From: Rhynchobatus australiae
Taxonomy: Eukaryota
Assembly (NCBI GenBank): GCA_034780895.1
Contig: JAUZTB010000002.1
Span: 32,432,569 to 32,496,568, forward strand
Length of the DNA stretch: 64,000 bases
Reading direction: 5' to 3'
Shown here: positions 25,921 through 38,992 of the stretch, one piece after another
Numbering within the stretch: position 1 is the stretch's first letter
Layout of the letters: each line of letters starts with the position of its first letter
Position numbers and translations under genes: made by a program
The notes under the pieces: generated by a model
Databases searched by the model: none
Told to the model about the DNA's origin: nothing
Seen by the model: only the letters and a program-made list of their open reading frames with translations

Positions 25921-27965
25921 ACATCAGAGGTGGGGCCTTTTTCCCCCTTCTATTTTGAGGATGACGATAGCCCAGTCAAAGATTGCAAATTATTTCCCGT
26001 GTGGCTGGAATCTGTAGTACAACGCTGTACTTCACCTATAGCTACTGGATAATTGCAACGTAATGGTGCTATACCTGACCTGGAAATAATTAATATTCAC
26101 ACTGGGTGTTGAAGTGGAAATGTATCCCGTTTCTCAACGTTACCCTCCATCATCTTGATAAACGCACAACTTTGCTGAAACATATGTTCTTACAGAAAAT
26201 AACCGAATTGTAAGTTCAACAATAAACAAAAACATAAAGGTCGGAAGATCGAGAAGCCTCAGCAAAATGTCGATCAACAAACATCCAGTCGGAAGCTGGG
26301 TTAGCAATTTACTGAGTCTTCTTGTTTTCGGAATAGCCGACATGGTGCCAAGGTTTTCATTTTCGACCAATTCAATTTCCTATCTAGTCGTGGTTTCATG
26401 CCAGAGTCATTAACTGTAGCATTATGGTGACAGATCAGGCTTTCTTTGTTAAATATGAACTTAATTTTACGAGTGATCAGAGAGCAAGAGAAATGAGAGT
26501 GATTATAGATTTCTGGGGATCAACACCATCGGCATATTTTATCCATTGCCACGATGAATTCGATTTTCTTTAAAAGAATTCTCTGTGCCGAGTATGGCAG
26601 TGCAGTTAAACAGCCATGAAATATGTGTATCTAAATAATGCGTTTAATCAAAAATCTAATTTTAATAGTCAATAAGAGGAAGGTATAAGGAACATAGCCA
26701 AAAATATTTTTCATCATCATTATCAGAATCATTGATAATTAGATGTCTGTGGGGTTAGCCCAAGTCTTTTGTTATGCAGCCAAACAAATCACGACTTTAT
26801 ATTTGAGCCCCCGGTGAATAAGGTTCTAAAATGTCGTTTTGTGCATCTTCCTTTGAACTTCTTGGCAAACCCAAATGACAAGAACAAAAGGCTCACTCTA
26901 TAGAAATATTAGCTCCTGAAAACGGAAGGCTATTTAGCTGCGCGAAGTATGCAGTGAACAGAGTCAGAGAAACAATCAGATTGCGATAAATAGTGGCCAC
27001 TTCTGCATTCAGAAATAATGAAACATGTTTTCAAAATGCATCTTTGCTTCGTTTTTACGCAATCGCGTCTCTTGGAGTAGCTATTTTTTTCACTCTATAT
27101 CTATTTTCTCCGCGTGTGGTAGCACGCATAATAGAGACGCATAGGAAATTACTATGGGAACATTCTAAACGCCTGTATTCATCGCCCTTGTATTTTTTTT
27201 CTATGCAAAGTAGGAAACGTCCACCGTGAAGGATTAATGGCAGGGAAGTCAAGCGCTTCTTGTCTTCAAAGAAAAAGAATCGCCTGCAAGCAATTAAACT
27301 TCTGAGATTGTAATATCTTCTGACCCGGCGGAAAGAAACAATTAAATTCAAATCACGTCTAGCGAACATCTGGACAAATTTCAGCAAATGATTTTTCAGC
27401 CTTTTTTTAATCTTTGGTGGGAATTGGGAGGATTTTCTTCAATAATATTAAAGTCAGATACAGACGCATATTTTAAAGTCGGCGCTGCGTCTTCGCCAGA
27501 TCTGGTTGAAAATGCTTGAGTTAATTACAAGTTTGGATACTCCCTACTTTAAATGATCATCTGAAAAAAATAAATTCTTAAGCTTGGAATGCCTAGTTAA
27601 ATCAAAATATGACTTGATTATTTAAATTAGTTTCACTCGCCTTTTTGAATACAAAGAAAGATTTTATAAAGGCTTTGTGGATTCAGTCAATGACAACATT
27701 TAAACGACAGTTTATGTAATGCACTCATTTATCTGTCGACTGTAACTATATGTTAATGCGTTGTTTGAAAGGATCGAAAATCACAGTTTCTGAAGCCTTC
27801 GATCAGGCACAGATTATGTTATGCTGATCCAATTTAAAACATGCCACCTTATTTCAAACATGACTTTATATTCATCTTATCATTATAAAGCATCTAAAAT
27901 ATTATCAGGTATTTATTTTTCCCTGCAGGCTTCAAAGGGCATGTGGGAGTAAGTTAATGACTCAC

Positions 27966-28107
27966 TTTGTGGCCAGTATCATGTTCTTTCTGGAGTGCAG
28001 CTCGCTGGGGTCTGTGTGCTGCCTGTTCAGGTAGTCCGCTGCAGCCTTGGCAGGGAATTCCGTCTCACAGATATACCCAAAATCCCGGGCTAAATGCACG
28101 GCCTCGC
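27966..28107 (-). CDS. TFAP2B: TFAP2B exon 6, helix-span region
   Basis: TCTTCCAG|GC acceptor and AA|GTGAGT donor; 142 nt; [47 protein letters not shown]. Missed by the ORF track. Confidence 0.97.
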
Positions 28108-30989
28108 CTGGAAGACAAGACCAAATTCTTAATTGTTTTCACAGAGAAGCATGCGAGTTTGTGTGCAACTTCTAACACCACGTATATCAATATCGACATT
28201 CGTATTCGCCAGAGAGATAAAGTAAAGCCAAAGACGTGGAGCGGGACTAAACCAGTATTTCAGTGGCATTTACTAGTTCTCTCTCGGTAATATTTCGAAA
28301 CAATGTGTCGTCATTCTGCCTCTGGTTGTCTGTTCATAGTTGTCTAGGAGTGTCTGCTTTTCAATGCACAAACCTTGCACTAGCTCCCAATATTTTCTAA
28401 TGCACCTCCTCTGAGAATTCAAGAGTCATTCCATAAGGGGAATCAGGCTGGATTCTAGATTTTAACGCGCTGTACATAAGATAAACTGACATCCACTGCA
28501 ATGCTCAAATGATGTATAAATTTTATGTAATCGCCCTTGGCGACTATGGGAAAGAAGAAGGGCATTGTGGGGAGAGAGAAAAAAAAGTTATTTGACTCAT
28601 CGCATACTATGAAAATTCCTCCAAATTATAAAGTTGCAGTATTACATAGTTTATTCAAAGAAGTAATGATGAGTCATGGTGGTTAAGGAGTTCGTTATTT
28701 ACTTCGGGTGTGGATTTAACTTCTGCATTTGAGTAGTCTAAATAAAATGCCTATCTATTGTCAAGCGGTTGCTTGTTATAAAGGGGCCGATAATGGAATA
28801 CTTATCTCTAATGTGCGTGGACGAGAGAGAAATTAGATGATCTGGATATTTTGCGAAGCCAGCATATGCACAGACTCAATTGTTTATATATGAAGACGAA
28901 CATTCCCAGATTTGAATCGATTTTTATCTTACACTTTGCATATAAAGACAGAGCCCAGAACCACATACAAATGCTGGCTGTCCAGAGAAAAAAAAAGTGA
29001 CCAATGGCTACTGAGCAGCCAAAAAAAACTTGTAAGAATGTAAAACATTAAATATAAACATTAAAATTAATTGGCGATTTCACAAAATATTAGCTGGTTT
29101 TGCCTTTTGACCTGCACGTACTGCATTGAGTTATTAGGTAGGAAATGAGTACTAGATGGGATATGATATGCGTTCCAGAATATTACGATGGATTGGCTTG
29201 TGTATCATGACGGTTGAGTTTAAAGTCCTTGCTGTAAATAATGTAAATAAAATGCTCAGTGCAATGTATATTGCAAGAAAAAATGACTGTTATAGTACAT
29301 TTATTCTTTAGAAAATAAATAATGTAAGTAAATAAAGGACCCTCTTGCCTGGAGTTTCTATCAGGGTGTTATTCGCCATAATAACAAACTGCAAAAGTTT
29401 AAAGTGGGCATTTCCAACTAATCTGCAAAGCCTCATGGTTGTCAGGAAAATCAAGAGAATGATTGTGATACACCTTAATTATCTGCCATAGAATGTATAA
29501 AGTGCATATCATATTCGTCTTACATTCGTCTGTGTGAATGTCTCATGCAAGGTGCGTTTACCTAAGTATTTATACTCTTTTGCTCATATAAAGTGCTGAT
29601 GAATTGCTCACTAAATTCTACTACCATTTAATGACATCAATTGGTATTTTCGTGTAAGCTACTTTGTCAAAAGTAATTAAATGCTGTAAATTGTATTCAA
29701 TAACCTGTAATATAACAAGCCAAATACTTTTATACTGAGCAATAATGAAAACACTGTCTTATGCAAACATTGCGGATCAACTAGGAACAGCCAAAAAGGC
29801 TAAATTCTCGCAAGAACAATTAGGTTGCTGAAAACTGGCATGTATTCTCCGACTCACCATATACATATATGTATGGAGAGAGTGAAAAAGAAACGGAGAT
29901 TTTAAAATACAGTTTAAATAGCATAAAGCAGCTAGAAAATACCTATTCCCTATATAGCTATTGTGAGTGTGTATGTGTGTTTATTGAGAACACCCTGCAG
30001 GGAGTTCCATGCCATCAACCTTCCCGCCTGATGCTGATGTTTCAGAGAGCAGCGAAAGCTGGGTAACACTACAAAGCCAAGCTCTGGGGGGATTCAAGTA
30101 GATAATGCTTCATCCCTCCAGCACTGAATCTTTTCAAAGTGCTTTGCAGGCGATAGCTTAGACACTGCACATGAAATTAACATTAGCATTAAAGAATTCA
30201 ACCAGATACTGTACTGCTAATGATCAATCTAATTATTTTCTGTCTTTTTAAACAATTTACCATTAATAAGGGTGTTACCATAAAAATATGAAATTCATGA
30301 AGGACAACTTCACAACTTCTATTACAACTTCCCAAAAAACGGTATTAGGAGATCTGGAGTTACTCAGCACACTAAAATTAGGTAATTATCATGGTGACCC
30401 GTGTAGGAAAGATAATTGTTTATAGATATAGAGATAAGTGATGGATAGGTGAAAGAAGCAAAGAGAGCAGGAAATAAAAAGGTGAATATATATTGATGTC
30501 CCACATAACTGCGTGACTAATGATCGAGCCAATTTACCTTTCAACAATATCACGGACAATTTCAGTTTATTAATGAAGAATACATATAATCTGCTAAACT
30601 GTAATTGTTTAAGAAACAACATATAATCTGTTCCAATAACAAGATGTTTCGTAGGTTTCCGAAAATTCAACCGCTTACAATATTAGAACTGAAACGTGTG
30701 CACAACCGTCCACATACAAGCAAATTCTAGTTATTCTATTGAANNNNNNNNNNNNNNNNNNNNNNNNNNNNNNNNNNNNNNNNNNNNNNNNNNNNNNNNN
30801 NNNNNNNNNNNNNNNNNNNNNNNNNNNNNNNNNNNNNNNNNNNNNNNNNNNNNNNNNNNNNNNNNNNNNNNNNNNNNNNNNNNNNNNNNNNNNNNNNNNN
30901 NNNNNNNNNNNNNNNNNNNNNNNNNNNNNNNNNNNNNNNNNNNNNNNNNNNNNNNNNNNNNNNNNNNNNNNNNNNNNNNNNNNNNNNNN

Positions 30990-31042
<53 letters not shown>
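30990..31042. repeat. (GT)n(GA)n microsatellite at gap edge
   Basis: Direct reading. Confidence 0.95.
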
Positions 31043-31045
<3 letters not shown>

Positions 31046-31568
31046 CCGTCCGCGGTGCTTATTTGGTAACTAACTTAATGAAAATGTTGTTACATATGAA
31101 AATGTGAATACAATTATAAATTATTCATGAAGGTTAGCCAAGAGTCCTTACGGCTATGGGATAAATGCATTTATAATATTTAGTATTATTATTTATGCAC
31201 AAAGTACATCGGTGCTTTAATTACACAATTAATGTCATTTCTCTTGAAAGTTCAAAGAAAATGGCGAACATTCGTGAAAGTAGAATAATTTTGACAGTGT
31301 GGTCAACAATTTTTCAGATGCTTCAACCGTAATGAACGGCTGCACAGACAAGCACAACGGAACAGAATGTAATGGCACTAGATCCCGTCAATGTGATAGC
31401 TGCCGAAAATATCATATGAACAGTTGACAAATAGACCCCCTGTCGTCATTTCCTTCTTCGTACCACGATTAAACAAAGTTTTGAAGGTGTTAAACGTATT
31501 GTATATATTTAAACGTATTATGTATTTAAAGTATCAATAGAATCAGAAAATCGTTCCCAAATCTTTAC

Positions 31569-31687
31569 CTTCTACTAGTGAGGTTAGTAAAGTGACGTTC
31601 GCAGCTTTACGTCTGCCTGCGGGTAAATTTAATCCGATCTTCTCAAGCTTTTCTCTTAACGACCTTCCACCATTTTTTGACTTGGCT
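31569..31687 (-). CDS. TFAP2B: TFAP2B exon 5, basic region / first helix
   Basis: TTCCAG|A acceptor and GAA G|GTAAAG donor; 119 nt; [39 protein letters not shown]. Confidence 0.97.
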
Positions 31688-31822
31688 CTGGAAACCAATA
31701 CACGTGACATTTTTAAACTGCAACGCATCTAGTACCCATATATGGGGGAGGGCCGGGAAATGGGGATAGAGCTTATTAAAAATATCTATATCTGTCTAAA
31801 ACTATCTGTCAAATATCTATAT

Positions 31823-31911
31823 AAGATATTTTTACATAGAATAAGGGGCATATGCAACAATATGAAAGGCATATTGTTGCATATGTTCCTTATTCCGTAC
31901 AAACATATCTT
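31823..31911. repeat. Inverted repeat, 42-bp imperfect arms, 5-nt loop
   Basis: GAATAAGGGGCATATGCAACAATATG-AAAGG-CATATTGTTGCATATGTTCCTTATTC; inner 16 bp perfect. Confidence 0.9.
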
Positions 31912-33209
31912 TCCACAAGGTTCCAACGGAAGTTTATTAACATATTTATGTTATGTATTCAGGATGAAACTGTGCCATTGCATTCATATGAGTTGGATGC
32001 ATATGAACCCGAAAGTACCACTGTAATCGAAGAGTCAAGTCCCAAGGTACACGAAACCAAAGAATTGTGACATCATCCTATTACAGACTGGCATATATCA
32101 TCATCTGGATAGAGCACAAATTATGCCCCGATATTTATAATTCTGGAAAAGACTAATTCTTGCTGAACTCGAGACAGGCTAGAACGTATAACTGCATTAG
32201 TTGGAGAAGGATAGTTGAAAGTGAAAGCCCACTAACCCCTACACAGATACCAGCCCAACAGTGGCAGCTGGAATAAAACTGCAGCCCAAGGGTGTATTCT
32301 CCGGCTATTTTTGCATTCAATCAGCCACTGACCCAGAGATGCGAAGGTGAAAATGTCATGGAGTTCTGGAGAACACTAAGATCACTTCTACCAGATAGTC
32401 TCTACTTTCTTCTGGGTCTTTGTCACTTCAACAATATAAAACTGATTTCATAAATGCCCTCGCGAATTCATTGCATTTTCTTTGAATGGAATTTCATTAT
32501 TGCTCCNNNNNNNNNNNNNNNNNNNNNNNNNNNNNNNNNNNNNNNNNNNNNNNNNNNNNNNNNNNNNNNNNNNNNNNNNNNNNNNNNNNNNNNNNNNNNN
32601 NNNNNNCTCCAGAGCGTGAAACTGTAGTCTACATTCTCCTGAAGTGAACAATGGAGGGCAGGCGGCGAGGAGGGGTTGTGGCGGTTATCTCCATCCTTCT
32701 TAATATGGCACCAAGGCCGTTATTACATGATGACATTAAAAACTGGGCGTGGGGAGTCGGTCTGCTCTCGACCACATACGTAAATATCTAGTTACAAGCT
32801 CCAGCGGTTGATGCAGTTGTAAGTCCTACTCAGATCTGCGGCTGAGAAAACAATCTATGCGGACCAGTTATGATAAAAACTATGAGCCAATAGGCATGCA
32901 AGAATGCAGTTGTCATCCATTCTTGTCTGCCCACTGGCTTCTATGTTTGCGTTTTAATGGTTATTAATATGTTCTGAATTCCCGCGAGACAAACTCACAG
33001 AAGGATGGATATAGAAATATTAATTGAAATATTGCACTGTGGAGAAACAATCTGGGAGATTCGCTCATGGCTGTAGCTGTAGATGAATGGATGGATGGAC
33101 AACTGTTGGGGGGTATAGTTAATGACTTTAGTAATGGTCATACTTTATTGTTCAATAGTTTCAATATTGCTCTATTTTGAAAGATCCGTTTCCTATGTTT
33201 GGGACCTAC

Positions 33210-33426
33210 CTTCTCAGCACTCCCCCCAACAATGACGCGTTCAGGCATTCTGGTGGGGACAGGCGCCTTTGGACTTCTCCCACAGTCACTTTGTACTTGG
33301 ATGTAGAACTAAGAAGGGACAAGCGTCCTGGCACCGAGCAGAATACCTCGTTATGGTTAGCAATTCCGCCAAGTAGATTGTCTTTGTTCATCATCAAGGA
33401 TGTGATATTCTTCTGAGGAAGTGGGA
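33210..33426 (-). CDS. TFAP2B: TFAP2B exon 4, start of basic DNA-binding region
   Basis: TTTCAG|TC acceptor (phase 1) and AG|GTAGGT donor; 217 nt; [47 protein letters not shown]. Confidence 0.97.
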
Positions 33427-34538
33427 CTGAAAGAAAAGGACATAATGACAAAAGTCAGTGTTGCATTACCCTAGGTGCAGGTATTATTCTCTACTGAACG
33501 CAAGCGTGGCTGAAGTTCACGCCAAAGGACACCATCACACTATTATGTCAGGACCAGAACCATTGGAACATTTTTTTTTCAGCGAACAGATATATTGTAT
33601 TTCTTGGGCACTGCACAGAAAAGCAATGACAGTCGCTTTAAATGGTAAAGGAGCTGTGTCGGTGATAAGTCCGAATGCTGAAAAGTTATTTAGCTTATTA
33701 AATATGAAAGGTAAATATGAAATCGTGGAAAGGTAGCGCCCTCATCCTTAAAAATAAAAGGGCACTTGTTTTGAAGTGTATCCACCAGCTTCTAATTTAC
33801 TGTCAGGGTGGTAACTTATTAATTCCTAATTCATTAAGAAGGGGGAAAACACTGCTGAAAAACCATGTAAATTTTAAATGAAATCTCGTAAATGAGAACA
33901 AATTTCCAGGTTGGGAAACAAAATCTGGTCAATCAATAAATGTCTTCTTCAAAGCAAAGTAAATGAAAGTCTGCAATATGATTTAAAATTCTTCCTTGAG
34001 ATTGACTTAGTCAATGTTCTGCTGCTTCCTGGACTGAAATAGACTGCAAAGATAGTAAGAGCGAGTTCATGTTACGGGAGGCACTTTGCCAATAACTTAG
34101 AATTCTATAAAATTATTTGTGTTTTGTGCGATAATTCTTGGCATCATAAAAATAAAAGCTCACGTTTTGGTTAAGATAATTGTTTCTACATCCGGTTTCT
34201 TGTTATTGGTTTATCAGTGTTAAATAGCACTGAAACAGCCCCAAATGATTGGTTGAACAGGGAAAAATAAAAAGGATTATCCAATGTTTGAAAAGCATTA
34301 TTAATGGTAGCTGCGTTGACGGAAATTTTGACATATAGTGACATTCCACGTGTATTGTTTTCATAACTTGGGAACTATCCAACTTAGAACAAAAAAGGGA
34401 GAAAATCCTGATGACCTTAACATTGTTTTAAGTCACCTAGCTAGTTGCGCCTGCTACTGTTGTGCAAGGAGAAGCTAACACCAGCCGATGAGTAGATGCT
34501 AATGGGTAAAATCTAAAGAATTACAAGTCTCAAAATCA

Positions 34539-34700
34539 CATTCCAGGCTGCAGAAGTACCTGCTCAGGGACGTACTGAAGCTTGGTGCAGCCAGTGCAAA
34601 GGCTTCGTGAGGAAGGACTGCAGTCTAAGGTGAAGCCCTGTGTAAAAGCCTCTCAAACAGCTGAAGTTTGTATCGACCAATGAAGCCACATGAGTGGCAA
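34539..34700 (+). mobile_element. Tx1/L1-type LINE C-terminal fragment
   Basis: Translates HSRLQKYLLRDVLKLGAASAKAS*GRTAV*, resembling the recalled 'YVLRDALKLGAAAAKAQWGKTTV' end of shark Tx1-like ORF2. Confidence 0.55.
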
Positions 34701-37700
34701 AGTGCTTTCTACACAGAAGGTGCTAACACTACAAATGTATATAATCGACAACACCTATGAATATAAAGAAAGCCATNNNNNNNNNNNNNNNNNNNNNNNN
34801 NNNNNNNNNNNNNNNNNNNNNNNNNNNNNNNNNNNNNNNNNNNNNNNNNNNNNNNNNNNNNNNNNNNNNNNNNNNNNNNNNNNNNNNNNNNNNNNNNNNN
34901 NNNNNNNNNNNNNNNNNNNNNNNNNNNNNNNAAAAAAAACAAGAAGATAGTTGGACTCCTGCTGCCTTAAAACACCAGTGAGTTCTCGAGATAAATGGTT
35001 ACTGATCAACAATAAATATAGGCCAAGAATTCGCAATCCATATTAATGTAAATACAGCATATCCTGGTTTGACTTTATTCACCACATTAAAAACTGTTTT
35101 TTTTCCCATGGTTTCAATTGGTTCTTATTTCATTTTGCAGATGTATCAAATTAATTTTGTATTTGCCGTCCTGCAATGTAAGTGATGCGTAAAACCTCGA
35201 TTTTCCAATTTAAGAAAGTGCACCCTCTTGTCCACAATATGTTTACACTGGAAATTTGCGGCTTAAATTATTTAATCAGCAGACAGTGAGAACATAAAAG
35301 ACAGTGCCAGCTGTGGTCATAGACTTCCACTGTACTTCTTGATTGATTTAAAGAAATCCCTGCCATCGAAATGATTCAAGTAATCACGATTGGTTTCGGT
35401 GTTAGTTGTCCATTTCTCGCTCTCTCCCTTCTAGTGATCGCGTCATGACCCGCTTATTTTCTTCACCCTCCATCTCTCTCTTTCACCGCCCCCACCCCAC
35501 ACACACAGTTATCTCCTCGACTAACTCTACCTTTCCTTTTTCTGCGTAGTTTTCCGGTTTCCTTCCTTGAATCCCGATCCAGACACCCTCTTTGCCCTTA
35601 CTCTTTATTTAAAGATTTTCAGTTATAGAAATACGTCAGTTACAGAAATACTTGTTTTTATAGTATTTCGCGGTATTAATAATAAAAACAAATCAATTTG
35701 CATTATATGCTTAGGTTGATCATACATACTTATTTGTGAATGTATTGAAATCCTCACTCAAATTGCCGTACAGAATTGAATGAAAACATTACAATAACAC
35801 AAATTACATTTTAGAACGAAATAACAGCACAGTTTACTTTGGATTTGCAATTCCAAAATAACGCAATTGATTATGCATCTGGACNNNNNNNNNNNNNNNN
35901 NNNNNNNNNNNNNNNNNNNNNNNNNNNNNNNNNNNNNNNNNNNNNNNNNNNNNNNNNNNNNNNNNNNNNNNNNNNNNNNNNNNNACGCAGCTTCAAGGGA
36001 AACGTCATGATGATGTCATAGTAATTCAGCTTGTCCACGTTGTGAGGCTCAATAGGACCTTACGAAGCATTTCCCCACAAGTGACAGGGACCATGTATTG
36101 AGAACATGCTATAGACTTCGATTGTTTAGAATAAAAGGTTTCAAAAATAATGATATTAATTACTGATCTAACTTCCATCTTGATATTTACTCCACAATCT
36201 GTTTCCCACGATTCAGCAGAATGTTTCAAACTGAGAACTGAATTTACAGCAGTGAATCTACACTGCTTTGATATTTTGCTATAACTATGCTTTATTTCTC
36301 AATTAACATAAGGCAAACTGTGCTAAGAATTTTCCGACAAATCCATTGTTCCCACGCTTGGGCCACGTATCTATTTCCACTTCAGGTGAAGTATTTTTTC
36401 GTTGCTGTGAGTTCTACCCTTCCAGACAGATCAGTAAGCGTTTTGATGAAACCCAGCTGGTCTGGAACGTTGGAACTGTTTCCAAATAACGTTGAATTGT
36501 GGTTTGAGAACCAGAAATGGTGCTGCTAACGCAGTTAACGCAATTCATAATCTCCCAGTTCAAATTAAATCAATTGGCTTTTGCCTCTTCTTGTTTGAGA
36601 CCAATCCTGCTGCCCGTGTTTGTATATATAATGTCGAAGTGGTCAAATTTTATTACGTGAGCTGACAAGGAAACACTCGAATTTCTTTTCAGCTATTTGT
36701 TAACTGCTACTTTTAATTGAAGGGCCAGGTATCTCGACAATTTTGAAATTTTAGCCAGGATAACGAATTATCTACGACTGCCTTTTTGGTGTGAGTTAAT
36801 ACTATGGTTGATCCATTTTAAAATACTTTCAACGAACGGTCCAGTTTATAGATATTTATTGTTAAATCGCACTCATTACCATTCGATTACAGTATTACAT
36901 TGATGTACGGGCACACATCCACTCACTTGCCAAAGGTCGCCATTATGAATTCACTTTCACCCATCCTCCTCCCTCGCAACATGAAAAGCGGGNNNNNNNN
37001 NNNNNNNNNNNNNNNNNNNNNNNNNNNNNNNNNNNNNNNNNNNNNNNNNNNNNNNNNNNNNNNNNNNNNNNNNNNNNNNNNNNNNNNNNNNNAACATCTG
37101 ATGCGTTTCTCTTCTTCAAGTTTTTATTGGTTTTTATTCATATATTTTAACTAAAAGTTATCAATTGTATACAAGCAATTAAAAAAATGCATGTTTTCAT
37201 AGTATTTATGTTGCTTACGCTCATTGATCTGCAGGATTTCAGCTACTGTGTGTGTTGGTGTTTACTTATATTACAGCAATAATATTGTCTGCTCAAATTA
37301 TATGATCCTTTTTGGCAACTGGTAAAAAGAATTCAAAGATCCCAAAGCATTTATTATTTTATCCAATTTTTATGCTCCAAAACTTAATATCATAAATTCC
37401 ATCAGGAATTTTCCAGACCAACACACGTTTGTCTGCAATGAGTTTAAAATCAACATAAAACAGAAATACTAGTGAATATGAATATTCTAGTGATAGCTGC
37501 TTCTATTGCATCTGCAGACATTCCTGAATCTGTCAGATGCTTTCCATGCATGTTAAAACTAAATGCAACGCACAGCCACTGTAATTTAAGATCACTGCAG
37601 TCATTTTAACAGATAACCTACTAAAGCTAACACTTTAATTTTACATTTTACATATATGCTTGATAGCGTTAGTGTTCCCAGTAGGTTATACTGGTATTAA

Positions 37701-38970
37701 AAGGGAGAAGAATTGCCCACAGTCAACAACGTGGTGCAGGTTCTGACAAAATGTAAGGCTGAGGGCTTTAAGGTGAAGTTAGCTCCGAATTATAATATTC
37801 TTAAAATGAGCCATAAGACAATCTGCGGAAATAAATATTCATAAATTGGGTGGTAAATATCTCCACATCAGGTACGAATAAGGAACTACAACACCAGTAA
37901 TCTGTTCATCTCCCTGATTCCTTATTTATTATAATTTTCAGGAAGGAATGGCAAATATTCAACCAATAAACATATAGGTACATACACTGTCATTTTATAA
38001 ATACCCTCGCCTAATGATTAACATACTGAAATGAATCATAAACCACTATTGCTCTGGGTTCGGTTAAGTGCTTTCAATCATATTTATTAGACTTGTAATA
38101 TCACTTTGCTAATTTAGTTTTAGAATATCTCTAAGGCACATTGTCACGTTAATTTCTCTTACAGATCATCAATATGGAAAATAATACTTGCTTCATTTGT
38201 TAATAATTATGAACAGATTGTGCTTTGAAACGTAATTCGACAACAAACTTGATAGCGTTCAAACGACCAGAAGAAATCGCAAACCAATGGACCATGACCA
38301 AAACGCAGCTTGAAGCCTTCAGTTCTTTACGTGTTCAGAATGTTCAGCTTGCACTCCTTCAGTGTGATTTCGTAATGCAATGTGTAAATATGTTGCAATT
38401 GTATATGCAATCGTTATGGAGTTAATGTAATAATAATAATAACCACGAATGACTGAACACTTAATGCAGCAAAGGCGCGAATTTAACCCGCACATTTCTA
38501 ACAGCAAACAACACAATATACAGTGACGTTCGCTTCTATTCAATAGCAATCCTGATTCAGACATATCTCGATTTATCTGCCCTCGAGTATATCTGGAGTT
38601 GGCCTTGACCACTCAAGATATATATGGATTACACAGAGCATGTGGATGTCCAGGAATGGGCAAGTGTGTATTTCTACTGATGTAGCTCGAAGTGTTAACT
38701 AGAGTAACATAGATAAAAGTTTTAAGGGAATGGTCTTCTGAATTTTCAGTGAAAACGCAATGCACAATGATATGCAATAATTCTACGTGTGTTACAATAT
38801 TTTGCATTAGACACACATTTCTCCCCATAACCTTTAGACCAAGTACAAAACTATACAAGCATTTCAATCTTTGTAAAATTCTCGTTCGGCATGAAACATC
38901 CACCTAGATAATCAAATATAAACGTTTTTAACAACTATTTTTGTAAGCACTGCGTACCCCCGTTTTCCAT

Positions 38971-38992
38971 CGATTTTAATCGATTAAAATCG
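38971..38992. repeat. Perfect 22-bp palindrome CGATTTTAATCGATTAAAATCG
   Basis: Identical to its reverse complement. Confidence 0.95.

Noticed and set aside
27967-28290. 107-aa plus-strand ORF (also 33177-33416 and 23867-24196)
   Set aside because: Antisense shadows of TFAP2B coding exons.
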